Notes under the pieces: model-generated
The model's input: the letters and a program-made list of their open reading frames with translations, nothing else
The model's database searches: none
What the model was told of the DNA's origin: nothing
Shown: positions 29,810-40,201 of the stretch, piece after piece
Numbering within the stretch: position 1 is the stretch's first letter
Layout: each line of letters opens with the position of its first letter
Program-made: the position numbers and the translations under genes
Origin: Candidatus Woesebacteria bacterium
GTDB lineage: Bacteria > Patescibacteriota > Microgenomatia > UBA8517
DNA length: 64,000 nucleotides
Assembly (NCBI GenBank): GCA_963716475.1
Contig: OY970314.1
Coordinates: 500,790 to 564,789 of the forward strand
Reading direction: 5' to 3'

Positions 29810-30575
29810 ATTTTCTCAAAAAATTAAGTTTATGAACAAGTAATAACGGGGAAATAATTAATTTATTTTTAACGTATTTTTTCAAAATCTTAGGGTGTTC
29901 GGACTTGGCGACGTCGGATTCGCCCATGGAACCCTCATTTACCCTAAAACGAGAAATAAGTTGGTTTAAAAAATAAAAATTAACCTTATTTTTAGTTAAC
30001 CTAATCCACATTTCATAATCCATTGAGCTTTTCAATTTTTCGTCAAAATAACCATATTTGTCGAAAACCGTTTTTCGAGTAAAAACAGTTTGATGAGGAA
30101 TATAATTTGTGAGTAACAATAACCAGTAACGAGCCTTTTTATAAATTCCTCTGTGAGGAATAACCCTCTTTATTTTCCTATTTTCATCCTTAAAAAATAT
30201 AGCTTTGCCATATAATACTTCTGCCTCTTTCTTATTTTTAAGGAATATATAAACTTTCTCCAATACTTTCTTGTTGTAAAAATAATCATCACCATTAAGA
30301 AAAACTATCCATTTTCCCCTAGTTTTTAATATCCCCCTGTTGAATGCATTCGAAATCCCATTGGCTGGAAACTGGAAAAGTCTCACTCTTCCGCCGTTTC
30401 TCTTTTGATAAAACTTTATTATTTTTATAGTATTATCTGAAGAAAAACCATCAATAAATATATGTTCATAATTTTCAAAGGTTTGATTTTCAACAGAAGT
30501 TATATTTTTTTGCAAGTACCTTTCTGAATTCTTTGTACAGGTAATAACACTAATAAAAGGTTCAGTTTTTTGCAT
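29802..30575 (-). CDS. Glycosyltransferase family 2 (WcaE-like)
   Basis: ISVITCTKN, IDGFSSDNT, GISNAFNRG, FLNGDD, PHQT, MDYEMW. Confidence 0.9.
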   Translation of the reverse strand: MQKTEPFISVITCTKNSERYLQKNITSVENQTFENYEHIFIDGFSSDNTIKIIKFYQKRNGGRVRLFQFPANGISNAFNRGILKTRGKWIVFLNGDDYFYNKKVLEKVYIFLKNKKEAEVLYGKAIFFKDENRKIKRVIPHRGIYKKARYWLLLLTNYIPHQTVFTRKTVFDKYGYFDEKLKSSMDYEMWIRLTKNKVNFYFLNQLISRFRVNEGSMGESDVAKSEHPKILKKYVKNKLIISPLLLVHKLNFLRKFI

Positions 30576-30601
30576 AATACTCGTTTACTACATTGAGCTT
30601 T

Positions 30602-31717
30602 TTACCGTAAAGTTCTTTTCACGGTAGCATATATTATTTCTGCACTATTTCGGGGCGTCTGCGACTCAATTATTTTACTAGAAGCTTTTCCCATTCGTTC
30701 CATCAAACTGGCAGAACTTAATATACGTAATATTTTATTAGACAGATCACGTACTGATCCCGACTTAAACACATATCCATTCACACCGTTTTGGACCAAA
30801 TCCGGCGCACAGCCAGCATTGTTTGAAACTACAATCGGCAAACCAGATGCCATAGCCTCATTTACAACTAAACCCCAAACATCTTCTCTCGAAGGTAAAA
30901 CAAACAGGTTTGCTTCCGAAAAAAACTTTCCAATTTTATAATCACCAGGATCTTCTACAAAATTTACGTTCTTGCCTATTCCAAGTTTACTAACTAATTC
31001 AATAAGATAATTTTTAAAAAATCCAGATCCAACAATTGACAATCTAATATTACTTATTCTTTTTTGAATTGATGCGAAAGCTTTTATTAATATATCAACA
31101 CCTTTTCTTTCGATTATTTGCCCGTAATACATAATAACTTTTTCCTTTTTCTGGTTATATTTTTTGGGGTATCTTCTGTATCTATCTAAATCAGTTGTGT
31201 GCTTATAAATGAATATCTTATCCTGCCTTGCACCCAACATTTCCAAATATTCTTTGGCTCTTATTCCGTAAGCAATATATGCATCCGAACCTTTAACAAT
31301 TGATCTAACTAAAGGCAGGCTAATAGTTCTTCTCCAACTATTTTCGTATCTGGTACTTCCAGACCAGAGAATAACTTTAATACCTCTTAGCTTACAGTAG
31401 AAAAAAACTACTTGGTAAGAAAAGATATCCCATCCGGAAATTATTACTACTTCTGGTTTAATTATTCGAAACTCTTTTAAAATTGTAAAGTTTATAAAAT
31501 ATGTAAACAAATCCTTTCCGCGAAATTTAATAGAAATATTTGGAAGAACCTTATATTTAAAACCGGAGGGGCTATCTTTCCAGTTTCTGTTCTCCTCATC
31601 CTGAGAACAATAAATAACATCTAAATCAACCAGTTTGGATAATTCTTTAAAAAGTAATGTCGTATGTGGAGAAACGACATTGTGAATCACAAGAACCTTA
31701 ACCTTATCCTTTACCAT
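30602..31717 (-). CDS. Glycosyltransferase family 4
   Basis: GQIIERKG, EDVWGLVVNEAMASGLP. Confidence 0.9.
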   Translation of the reverse strand: MVKDKVKVLVIHNVVSPHTTLLFKELSKLVDLDVIYCSQDEENRNWKDSPSGFKYKVLPNISIKFRGKDLFTYFINFTILKEFRIIKPEVVIISGWDIFSYQVVFFYCKLRGIKVILWSGSTRYENSWRRTISLPLVRSIVKGSDAYIAYGIRAKEYLEMLGARQDKIFIYKHTTDLDRYRRYPKKYNQKKEKVIMYYGQIIERKGVDILIKAFASIQKRISNIRLSIVGSGFFKNYLIELVSKLGIGKNVNFVEDPGDYKIGKFFSEANLFVLPSREDVWGLVVNEAMASGLPIVVSNNAGCAPDLVQNGVNGYVFKSGSVRDLSNKILRILSSASLMERMGKASSKIIESQTPRNSAEIIYATVKRTLR

Positions 31718-32540
31718 TTTTATTCTTTCTTAGAACAAATAAAACATTGTTTTTAGTATCTATTTTTTTACTAATTCGCAAGGTCAGTTTAGCAAAAATT
31801 GGGAACAGCAGTCCGAAAAACGCGGATACGGGTAGAAAGAAAGTATAAATATTAGTAATGATGGGAAACCTTTCATTACATATAAGTTTTGCTTCTAACT
31901 TAAGTCCTGTGGGTATTAATAATCTTTCTTTAAGTGTTTTAGGGCTATATATTCTTGAAAGAAAAACAGGTTTATCCCCATCATATTTGTTTCCATAGGC
32001 ATCTCTTTTTACCCAAATTTCTTTATATTCTTTCCCAAAGGGCGTGGTAATTACAATCTTACCTCCGGGTTTGAGAACCCTACACATTTCTTTAATGCAT
32101 ATTGTGTCTCCATGGCTTTCAATATGTTCTATTACGGATATACTGTATATTTTATCGAAAAAATTATTCCTAAAAGGTAATTTCGTACCGTCAACTGTTA
32201 ATAATTTCAACCTCTTTGAAAGTGTTGAGTTGCCTAAATTATTTTTTATATTTTTCCACTCAAGTATCTCTTTATTCCAAACATCGGTTGCGTAAACATT
32301 GGACTTATATCTTTCTGAAATGTAAAAACTCAACAGTTTCGGACTGGATATATCCAGGATGCTTTCATCTACCTTGGGATTGATATGCTGAAAGGTTGCA
32401 GGAATTTCGAAATATCTTGCTATGTCCATAGGTATAATTATTCGTTTTAAGGCTTCTTTACTAACTCTAAAATTTCCACTTAGGTAATACCTTAATCCCA
32501 AATTAATACTGTAGATGTAAAATTTATACCAAGTATTCAC
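31704..32540 (-). CDS. Class I SAM-dependent methyltransferase (Methyltransf_11-like, atypical motif I)
   Basis: ILDISSPK, DGTKLPFRNNFFDKIYSISVIEHI, EMCRVLKPGG. Confidence 0.82.
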   Translation of the reverse strand: MNTWYKFYIYSINLGLRYYLSGNFRVSKEALKRIIIPMDIARYFEIPATFQHINPKVDESILDISSPKLLSFYISERYKSNVYATDVWNKEILEWKNIKNNLGNSTLSKRLKLLTVDGTKLPFRNNFFDKIYSISVIEHIESHGDTICIKEMCRVLKPGGKIVITTPFGKEYKEIWVKRDAYGNKYDGDKPVFLSRIYSPKTLKERLLIPTGLKLEAKLICNERFPIITNIYTFFLPVSAFFGLLFPIFAKLTLRISKKIDTKNNVLFVLRKNKNGKG

Positions 32541-33241
32541 TTCTTTATAGATTTGATAATAATATCACTTGAGAATAAAGGCAGATGTAATAACTTTATT
32601 TTCCTAAATAATCCGGAGCATGTTGTATTTTTAACTTTAAACCCAAAATTCGAGACAAGATTGGCCAATGATAAAAAAGTGAAATAGTGCAAAATGCCTC
32701 CGTCCCAGGTTTGAAAATGCGCAAATGATGTAAATATTTGTTTACCACATAGGAGTTGGATTCTATATACAATCCAAGCTAAATTAGGAACCTGAATATA
32801 CATTTCCCCACTTTTTTTCAAAATCCTATTGATTTCCCTAAGAGTAAAATATGGATCGTAACTATACTCGAACGCTGAAATCATAACAACCACATCGAAA
32901 TAATTATCTTTAAAAGGAAGTCTTCCATCCATATCTGATGCGATAAAAGTAATATTTTTTCTTTTATTTTTAATGGCGTTAGCTTTTTTAATGCGGGCTT
33001 TGGCAACGTCAATCCCAAAAATTTGTTTAAAATCCAATTCTTCCCTAAAACAAAATCCACCGTCACCGCAACCCACATCCAAAAGCCTCTCTCCCTTTTT
33101 AACCATCTCAATAATAATATCTTCAGGAGAAACGGAATATTTTCTAAAAAAACGAAAGAGTCCGTCAATTAAGACACCATGTGGTGATTTTCTGTTTGTG
33201 TTGGAGTATGGTATCCCCTGATATTTACTTTTATCAAGCAT
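32537..33241 (-). CDS. Class I SAM-dependent methyltransferase
   Basis: LLDVGCGDG, LPFKDNYFDVV, EINRILKKSG, QVPN. Confidence 0.9.
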   Translation of the reverse strand: MLDKSKYQGIPYSNTNRKSPHGVLIDGLFRFFRKYSVSPEDIIIEMVKKGERLLDVGCGDGGFCFREELDFKQIFGIDVAKARIKKANAIKNKRKNITFIASDMDGRLPFKDNYFDVVVMISAFEYSYDPYFTLREINRILKKSGEMYIQVPNLAWIVYRIQLLCGKQIFTSFAHFQTWDGGILHYFTFLSLANLVSNFGFKVKNTTCSGLFRKIKLLHLPLFSSDIIIKSIKK

Positions 33242-33242
33242 A

Positions 33243-34355
33243 TCAGCTCCTTTTTAAAGATATCACTTTAAAGGAGATTTCTTTGATTTGTTTTTCATTC
33301 AAATCATACCCCGATGGTAAATACAACCCATTAATCCCCAGATTTTCAGCAACGGGGCAAGATACACCGTTAAAAAATCCCATCTCCTTAAAAACTGGTT
33401 GAATATTCATTGGGATAAAGAAAGCTCTGGAATCTACTCCAAGATCTAACAACTTTTTCATTACCTGTTCTCTTGTTCGCCCAAACTCTGCGGGTTCAAT
33501 TACGATTCCATACATCCAATACGTACTTTTTGCGTAGGGTTTTTCTACTGGAATTACTATTCCCTTAGTGTTTCCAAGGTATTTGTTATATAACTTTGCA
33601 ATTTGTCTTTTTTTGTTTACGATTGTTTCAATTCTCTCCATTTGGGACACGGCAAGTGCGGCAACAAAATTTGGCATGCGATAATTATACCCAGCAAATC
33701 TATGCAAATACCTAGGTACCTCAAAAGCAAGATTTTTTAATAAATTTACCCTATCAATTATCTTTTTATCATTTGTAAGCACCATTCCACCCTCCCCTGT
33801 GGTAATCGTTTTATTTGCATAAAAACTTAAACATCCAATCGTACTTAAACAACCAACTTTCTTTCCTTTATACTCAGCACCCTGAGCCTCTGCCGCATCC
33901 TCTATAACAAATAGATTATGATTCTTTGCTATTTTAATCAGCGGGTCCATGTCGACGGGGTGTCCGTATATATGAACCGTTAAAATTGCTTTTGTTTTTT
34001 TGGTAACATATTTTTCTATCTGTTTAACATCCATATTCCAAGTATCCGATTCTGAATCAATAGCAACAGGCGTGGCTCCACAGCGAGTAATAGCTAGACA
34101 ACTTGCAATGTTCGTAAACGTCGAAACAAGAACTTCGTCACCTTTTGTAATACCTAGAGACTCTACTGCCAACTGCAATGCAGACGTTCCGCTATTAACT
34201 GCGGAGGCATATTTTACTCCATGGTAATCAGCACAGGCTTTTTCTAGATCTCTTAGGGATTCTCCGTAATTACCGGAGATCTCACCTTTCTTGAGAGCAT
34301 TTGCAACTGAGAGAATATCTTTCTTAGTTATTGTTGGGTTAAATACTGGTATCAT
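33243..34355 (-). CDS. DegT/DnrJ/EryC1/StrS aminotransferase, GDP-perosamine synthase-like
   Basis: NSGTSAL, VHIYGHPVDM, IEDAAEAQG, SFYANKTITTGEGGM, GYNYRM, GLYLPSG. Confidence 0.88.
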   Translation of the reverse strand: MIPVFNPTITKKDILSVANALKKGEISGNYGESLRDLEKACADYHGVKYASAVNSGTSALQLAVESLGITKGDEVLVSTFTNIASCLAITRCGATPVAIDSESDTWNMDVKQIEKYVTKKTKAILTVHIYGHPVDMDPLIKIAKNHNLFVIEDAAEAQGAEYKGKKVGCLSTIGCLSFYANKTITTGEGGMVLTNDKKIIDRVNLLKNLAFEVPRYLHRFAGYNYRMPNFVAALAVSQMERIETIVNKKRQIAKLYNKYLGNTKGIVIPVEKPYAKSTYWMYGIVIEPAEFGRTREQVMKKLLDLGVDSRAFFIPMNIQPVFKEMGFFNGVSCPVAENLGINGLYLPSGYDLNEKQIKEISFKVISLKRS

Positions 34356-34759
34356 TTTGTTGTCACATCTATTTTATCATTGGTATCACCGAAAAAGGGG
34401 CCTTGCTTTACTGAGACTGCCTTGCACGCCTTAATTATCTTTACACTATGCGTTCCTCTTATAATTAGAATGCTATCTCCTTTTTTGATTGTTTTTGCCT
34501 GTGCAAAGACGCCCTTTTTGTCAAAAAACTCAACCCTCATAATTCCTTTCGTGATATATAAGAATTGTTCAACACGATCAATCTTTCTTTCTACAGTCTT
34601 ATGGTAATGGGGTGCTTCTACAAAAGATGTTCCTCTTTTAAAAATGGCAACTTGCAAATTTAGGTCGTCTGGAGAGAGAAAGGTTGACGACTTTACGTCA
34701 GCCGTGTTTCTAACTACAAGGGCACAGAGATCGTTATCGACAATTATCTTTTCTAACAT
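34352..34759 (-). CDS. Cupin-fold protein (WbuC-like), associated with the sugar aminotransferase
   Basis: PHYH...EQFLYITKG, GDSILIIRGTHS, VKQGPF. Confidence 0.65.
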   Translation of the reverse strand: MLEKIIVDNDLCALVVRNTADVKSSTFLSPDDLNLQVAIFKRGTSFVEAPHYHKTVERKIDRVEQFLYITKGIMRVEFFDKKGVFAQAKTIKKGDSILIIRGTHSVKIIKACKAVSVKQGPFFGDTNDKIDVTTK

Positions 34760-34773
34760 AGATTTTTCGGCAA

Positions 34774-35946
34774 TTATATACTTTTAAAGGCAAGTTGAAA
34801 ACTCTCCCTAACCACCTTGTTTGTGTAATAATTGGCTATCCTTTTTCGAGCTTCAAACCCCATTTTCCGAGCCAATTTTTCATCTTCTAAAAGATTAATT
34901 ATAGAGTTAACCAACTTCTTCTTATCGTTAGAGTTGAATAAATATCCGGATACACCATCTTCCACCTCCTCAGTCGAATTTGATGTCCTAACTACCGGAG
35001 TTTGACATGACATAACTTCTAGAACAAAATAACTACACGAACCCGCACCGTCCCCCACCCCTGCATAAACTGCACACCTTGCCAAAGAATATACTGCCGC
35101 TAGGTCCTTGTTTTCAACAAACCCCAATATTTTAATATTATGTGAGATTCCTTGTCTTTTAGCATACTCCAAAAGTCTATTTCTATTTTTACTTATATCG
35201 AGTGGGGATATTATTAAAAGTAATGCGTTTGGAATTTTTTTAACAACTTCTCTAAAACCACTCATTATAAAGGGTGTTCGTTTAAGAGGTGTTAAGTCGG
35301 TACTGTGCAGAACTACTAACTTATTATTATATTCTAATTCTAATAATCTACTTCTTACCCTGCTAAACTTTTTTGTATCAACAATTAGGTAGGAAGGTAT
35401 AGATTTCTTTCCATATACTTTTGCTATCCACTTGGATACATCTTTATTTACAGTCATTATTACTTTTGATACCTTAGTAAAATGAATGTCTAACCCACCG
35501 TAAAGAATACTGGCAATCTTCATTAGTATTTTAATAATAAACGGTTGTCCGTTAATCATTTTTTTGTCATGGAAAAAAGCAAACGGCTCAAAAACAAATT
35601 GGATGTGATTTTTGGGGCTAATAACATTGCCAAGTATATTCATTGGAAACATACTCGTAACAATTCTGTAATACCTAGGCAAAACTCTTCTAAGTATAAA
35701 TATCTCCTTTAGAAGAATAATCGGAAATATAACCCAGTAAATTATTCTATTTGTCGAAAATTGAGCGATCTTAACAATCTTAATTCCTAACTTATCAAAA
35801 TCATTCTTTATCTCATCATTATAATCCTCAGTGAAAATGGTAACGTCATAAATATTAGATAGATCTTTTAAAACGGCTAGTATATATTTAGTTCCGCCAG
35901 TCCAATAACAAAAGTGCGGATGCAACCATGCAATTTTTAATCTCAT
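34774..35946 (-). CDS. Glycosyltransferase family 4
   Basis: TGGTKY, PLKR, LEVMSCQTPVV, EDGVSGYLF. Confidence 0.82.
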   Translation of the reverse strand: MRLKIAWLHPHFCYWTGGTKYILAVLKDLSNIYDVTIFTEDYNDEIKNDFDKLGIKIVKIAQFSTNRIIYWVIFPIILLKEIFILRRVLPRYYRIVTSMFPMNILGNVISPKNHIQFVFEPFAFFHDKKMINGQPFIIKILMKIASILYGGLDIHFTKVSKVIMTVNKDVSKWIAKVYGKKSIPSYLIVDTKKFSRVRSRLLELEYNNKLVVLHSTDLTPLKRTPFIMSGFREVVKKIPNALLLIISPLDISKNRNRLLEYAKRQGISHNIKILGFVENKDLAAVYSLARCAVYAGVGDGAGSCSYFVLEVMSCQTPVVRTSNSTEEVEDGVSGYLFNSNDKKKLVNSIINLLEDEKLARKMGFEARKRIANYYTNKVVRESFQLAFKSI

Positions 35947-36006
35947 TTGTTTTTACTGCTAGTTTCTTAATTTATTTTTTAAATATAGTCTCACTTTAAT
36001 AATTTC

Positions 36007-37371
36007 TTATCTATGTTGAAATTTTACCCAAAAATCATAAAATACTGAAAAGGCAGTAGTAAAAACCAAAACTCTCCAAAAAATACTAAATCTATCTAAA
36101 TTACCCACAAGGGCCAAAAAGTCTGTGTGAGATGATATGATTCTGTAATACAGCGTTCCTCCAAAAAACATTAAAAGATAGAAGCAACAAAAAAATATTA
36201 AGAAAAAGGTCTCTCTTTTGAGCCTAAATCGCGTTAAAAACCCAAATGTAACTAAAGACACGATTGGTATTATCATCTCCAATATTATAGTCCTGCAAAC
36301 CAAAACAACCGGATCTATTAGCGTTTTCAAACTAAAATTATTCAAGGAAGAAAAAGTCTTACCGATAAAATCAAGCTGTGATAAATACGCATTATTATTA
36401 ACCAAATTATAAGATGCTATATACTTTGTGGATACGAAACCTACAAAAAAATTGAAAATAAAAAACAAGAATACTTCTTTCAGAAACTTCCTTTTAATTA
36501 AAGAGTAGATAAACAAAAAAAGGAAAACGAAAATCCAAACCGGCTCATTTCGTGTAAATCTCGAAAACGCAAATAACAAACCGGACAAAATTAAATAACT
36601 GAATTTCTTTTTAGACATCCAATTTATCAAATAGAAAGTAGCTATAACCAAATAAGTTGACTGAATCAAATCCGTTAATGCGTATAAAGACTGTTCGTAA
36701 AATAATGGATAAAAAGAAACTAAAAAAGCTAAAGACAAAGATAATTTTCTGTTTAAGATTTTTCGACTAAAGGCGTAAACGCACAGAACTAAAGAAGAAA
36801 AAATCAAGGAATAAATAAATTGAGGGTTAAGACTCCCCGCTATATAGAAAATAGCATGAAGAATGGATGTTAATAAAGGATAAGAAATATCATAAAAGGA
36901 TTGTGACGGGAAAAATATACTTTGACTTAAAACCATCAGTTTGGCTCTGTAATCATAAAGTTGTACAGCATCCCACATCCAAACCGGCCAGTATAAAGTC
37001 CTGATTAAAGATGTCAGAAGAAAGAAGGCAATTCCTCCAATAAGGATTCTGTCAAATAAATCAAGACTTTTTATTTTTTTATGGAGAGAATGCCATTCAA
37101 GATTAATCGAATTTTTGAAGAACACCTTATTTAATATTATTAAAAATAGATTAGATAGAGTCAAAAATAGAAAAACATATAAATAATTAAGTTTAAATCC
37201 CAGAAAACTAAGCAAAAACATACCAAACGTTGAAAACCCTATTCCAAGAATTAATCCCGATGATAAAATTTCTATACCGCTAAACTTAAGACGGAACAAT
37301 CTTAAAAAATTAACACCCAGATAGAGAATTAGAAATACAAAAAATATCTGTTTCAAAATATTTATTATCAT
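36007..37371 (-). CDS. Polytopic membrane protein, putative GT-C (ArnT-like) transferase
   Basis: YWPVWMWDAVQLYDYRAK...SYPLL, LTDL, FTRNEP. Confidence 0.7.
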   Translation of the reverse strand: MIINILKQIFFVFLILYLGVNFLRLFRLKFSGIEILSSGLILGIGFSTFGMFLLSFLGFKLNYLYVFLFLTLSNLFLIILNKVFFKNSINLEWHSLHKKIKSLDLFDRILIGGIAFFLLTSLIRTLYWPVWMWDAVQLYDYRAKLMVLSQSIFFPSQSFYDISYPLLTSILHAIFYIAGSLNPQFIYSLIFSSLVLCVYAFSRKILNRKLSLSLAFLVSFYPLFYEQSLYALTDLIQSTYLVIATFYLINWMSKKKFSYLILSGLLFAFSRFTRNEPVWIFVFLFLFIYSLIKRKFLKEVFLFFIFNFFVGFVSTKYIASYNLVNNNAYLSQLDFIGKTFSSLNNFSLKTLIDPVVLVCRTIILEMIIPIVSLVTFGFLTRFRLKRETFFLIFFCCFYLLMFFGGTLYYRIISSHTDFLALVGNLDRFSIFWRVLVFTTAFSVFYDFWVKFQHR

Positions 37372-38513
37372 TTATCCATTTTAATAATCCCCCAAACGTC
37401 TTTCTCCTTAAAATCTTTAGGATTATATCCCGAATGCAATAATTCCTTTACATAATTACCATCCTCTTGCCTTTCAAGAAAAATTACCTCTTCTGATTTT
37501 ATAGTAAAATCCGGCCATATATAGTCTTTTTGATACTGAGTGTCATATATGGGATGCAGGAAACCTTTTGCTAAAAGAATGTAGTCAAAATCATTTATAT
37601 TAATTCCAGAGTAATAATTTGTTAATTTTCTGTTACCCAAAAATGGTCTGTAATACCTCGAGTCCGCATCAACAGTATGTGGAGAGGCATCTTCGGGCAA
37701 AAGAATGGAAGATCCATCAGGCGTATTATCTTTCACTAAAGTAACAATGTCATACAAAACACCCCACTTGGCTTGCATTTTTTGATCATAAGTGTAATTG
37801 GGGTGAGCAGAAATATAAACTAGGTCTGTCATTGTGTCATTAAGTGTATTAAAAAAATTAACTACTATATAGCCAAGGGAAAGCGAAAATATACAAATTA
37901 ATATAACTGTTTTTAAATCCCACGATAGGGAAATGCCAGACCTCAAGTTTGAACGTAAGCGTAAACAAATACTTGTACCAAAAGGATTCCATGATCTACG
38001 ACGTGCAGGGAAAGAATATTTTATCTGCGGAGTAGGGTCGTTCTTGTTGTTCTTACCGACAATGAGCAGCTTATTAAATATTTCCTTCGTCTTAGGCGTT
38101 CTGCAAAACTTTAAAATGATTAAAGACAGACTCAAATAAAGAATATTCAAAAAATTTTGCGGTTGAATATGAAATGTCGCAAAAACATAATTTGAGTATT
38201 TGACAATATTTGAAACCAGCATGATCCAATAAAAAATAATTATCGGGAGAATAAGTAAGGAGTTCAGGCTCAATATAAAATTTTCCAAACTTCCAGACCT
38301 ATAATTTTTATCCTTTATCCACAAATATAATAGGAGAATAATTGAAATAATAGAAAAGAATAAGAAAAAGCGAGAGTCAACAAAAATATATTTTTTCAAA
38401 AAGCCTGTATACATATAGGATTCTAAAATCAAAAAGAAAAACGAAAGACTTATTAGATAGGGAAAGATTACTTTGTTTACCTTTAAAATCTCAGCAAAAT
38501 AATTATTTTTCAT
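37368..38513 (-). CDS. Hypothetical membrane protein with C-terminal soluble domain
   Basis: 381 aa ORF, ~5 TM, overlaps both neighbours by ATGA; contains an atypical internal segment (see findings). Confidence 0.7.
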   Translation of the reverse strand: MKNNYFAEILKVNKVIFPYLISLSFFFLILESYMYTGFLKKYIFVDSRFFLFFSIISIILLLYLWIKDKNYRSGSLENFILSLNSLLILPIIIFYWIMLVSNIVKYSNYVFATFHIQPQNFLNILYLSLSLIILKFCRTPKTKEIFNKLLIVGKNNKNDPTPQIKYSFPARRRSWNPFGTSICLRLRSNLRSGISLSWDLKTVILICIFSLSLGYIVVNFFNTLNDTMTDLVYISAHPNYTYDQKMQAKWGVLYDIVTLVKDNTPDGSSILLPEDASPHTVDADSRYYRPFLGNRKLTNYYSGININDFDYILLAKGFLHPIYDTQYQKDYIWPDFTIKSEEVIFLERQEDGNYVKELLHSGYNPKDFKEKDVWGIIKMDK

Positions 38514-40201
38514 TTAGGAGTTTCTTGAGTTGGGTAAAAACCGGATTTGATATTCCCAGGCTGAAACATTTTAAACTTACCCACACTTGGAGCACACGGC
38601 AATTGCGAATTAACACACTGATCGCCATTAACCGGCATCCAAATATAAAAAGACTGATCCGAGTAACTGACAGTAACAGATCTAACTAAAGAGCTCTCTT
38701 CTTTTTGAACAATAAACAATTCTGGTTGTTCTTTTAAGGTTATTGCTTTAAAAAGGTAGCTAGATATTAGAAATATAAAAACCAAAATGATTGTTGACTT
38801 AAAAAAATCGTATTTAAAAAAATTAACAAAGAATGAAGACAAAATTAAGGAAATCGAAACAAATATGAATATTCCCATATATCTAAGGTCGGGGGCAGTC
38901 AAAAAGGTATACAAAAGAGTTGCTGTGCTGGCCAAAACTAGAAAGTTGACCTTTCTTATATCTGTTATGGAGCTTAATTGTTTTTTTGATTTACCCGTAG
39001 AATAAAAATACATAAATATCAAAAAAAACAAAAGAAATATATAATACAGACTAGGGTTATTTTTATTGTAATTAAACCAACTTATAAACCAATCCCAAAA
39101 ATTAGCATTCACAGAACTCAAATAATATGGTCCAGGCAAACGTGCAAAACCAGTTATAACATTATTAATGTTCTTTAGTTGTTCTAACGGAACTTGCCAT
39201 TTAAAGTTTAGGCCAAAATATGGGAATGGGAAAAGGGCCCAGCCGGACAAAATTAGATTTCTAATTATAAAACTCACCAAAAATATAAATGAAAGGAATA
39301 AAATGTACACATTTTTTTTCAGTAAAACTTTATCTTTCAATTCAATAAGTATAAATAATGAAAATAAAGCTAAAACGATAAAACAAGAGAATTTTGAAGT
39401 TGCTGCCAGTATCAGTATCGGCATAGACAACACCAGGTTTTCTCTTTCAAAGAGCATGAAATAGAAATTAAACAACAATAGAAAAATTGCCATACTCAGA
39501 TCGGTTGAAAGTGAATTAATTTGGCCAATAAAATAATATTGACCAATAAAAATTGATAGAATTAAAATGGAAAAAAGTCCAAAAAAATAGGCTAAAATAT
39601 TTTTTGGTTTTCTAAACAAAAATAGAATAATCTGAGAAGCAAAAACAAAAACCAAAAAAGAGTTCATGACATGGCTTGAGGAATTTGTAAAAACGCCGTG
39701 ATTCATAATTGCTGCTAAAAGAAAAGTTACGTTGTTTATACCCAAAGGGAATTGTAGATTAGCTAAACCCTTAACAGAACCGTAATCAGTTAGCCACTTA
39801 ATTGAATTAAGATGGTAAAGATTTGTGTCATACCACGTAACTGGCAAGTTAGATAAAAAGGAAACAAAAAAGGCTAAAATTACAAAAAGCAATATTTTTT
39901 TATAATCAATATGTTGAAATATATTCCTTAATATAAGTCTCCAGTTAAATTTTATATTTCTTAAATTTAACAAAAATAGGAAAAGGTTAAATGCAATCGA
40001 GTAAGTTAGCACCTTACCATTTAATGGATGGAAAAGAGAAATGATTTCCAAAACCAATACAAAAGAAAACAATCCAAACCAAAAGTTGTAAAAAAAATCA
40101 ATTTTTTTGTTATCTTTCTTAAATATTATTCTTAAAACAAAGAAGCCGATGTTAAAACAAAACAGGAACCAAAATATCCAAGCAAGAATTATATAAATCA
40201 T
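38510..40201 (-). CDS. LIC_10190-family-like polytopic membrane protein (putative GT-C)
   Basis: YDTNLYHLNSIKW...GLANLQFPLGINN, SLSTD, RNLILSGWALFP, APDLRY, QCVNSQLPCAP. Confidence 0.7.
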   Translation of the reverse strand: MIYIILAWIFWFLFCFNIGFFVLRIIFKKDNKKIDFFYNFWFGLFSFVLVLEIISLFHPLNGKVLTYSIAFNLFLFLLNLRNIKFNWRLILRNIFQHIDYKKILLFVILAFFVSFLSNLPVTWYDTNLYHLNSIKWLTDYGSVKGLANLQFPLGINNVTFLLAAIMNHGVFTNSSSHVMNSFLVFVFASQIILFLFRKPKNILAYFFGLFSILILSIFIGQYYFIGQINSLSTDLSMAIFLLLFNFYFMLFERENLVLSMPILILAATSKFSCFIVLALFSLFILIELKDKVLLKKNVYILFLSFIFLVSFIIRNLILSGWALFPFPYFGLNFKWQVPLEQLKNINNVITGFARLPGPYYLSSVNANFWDWFISWFNYNKNNPSLYYIFLLFFLIFMYFYSTGKSKKQLSSITDIRKVNFLVLASTATLLYTFLTAPDLRYMGIFIFVSISLILSSFFVNFFKYDFFKSTIILVFIFLISSYLFKAITLKEQPELFIVQKEESSLVRSVTVSYSDQSFYIWMPVNGDQCVNSQLPCAPSVGKFKMFQPGNIKSGFYPTQETPK

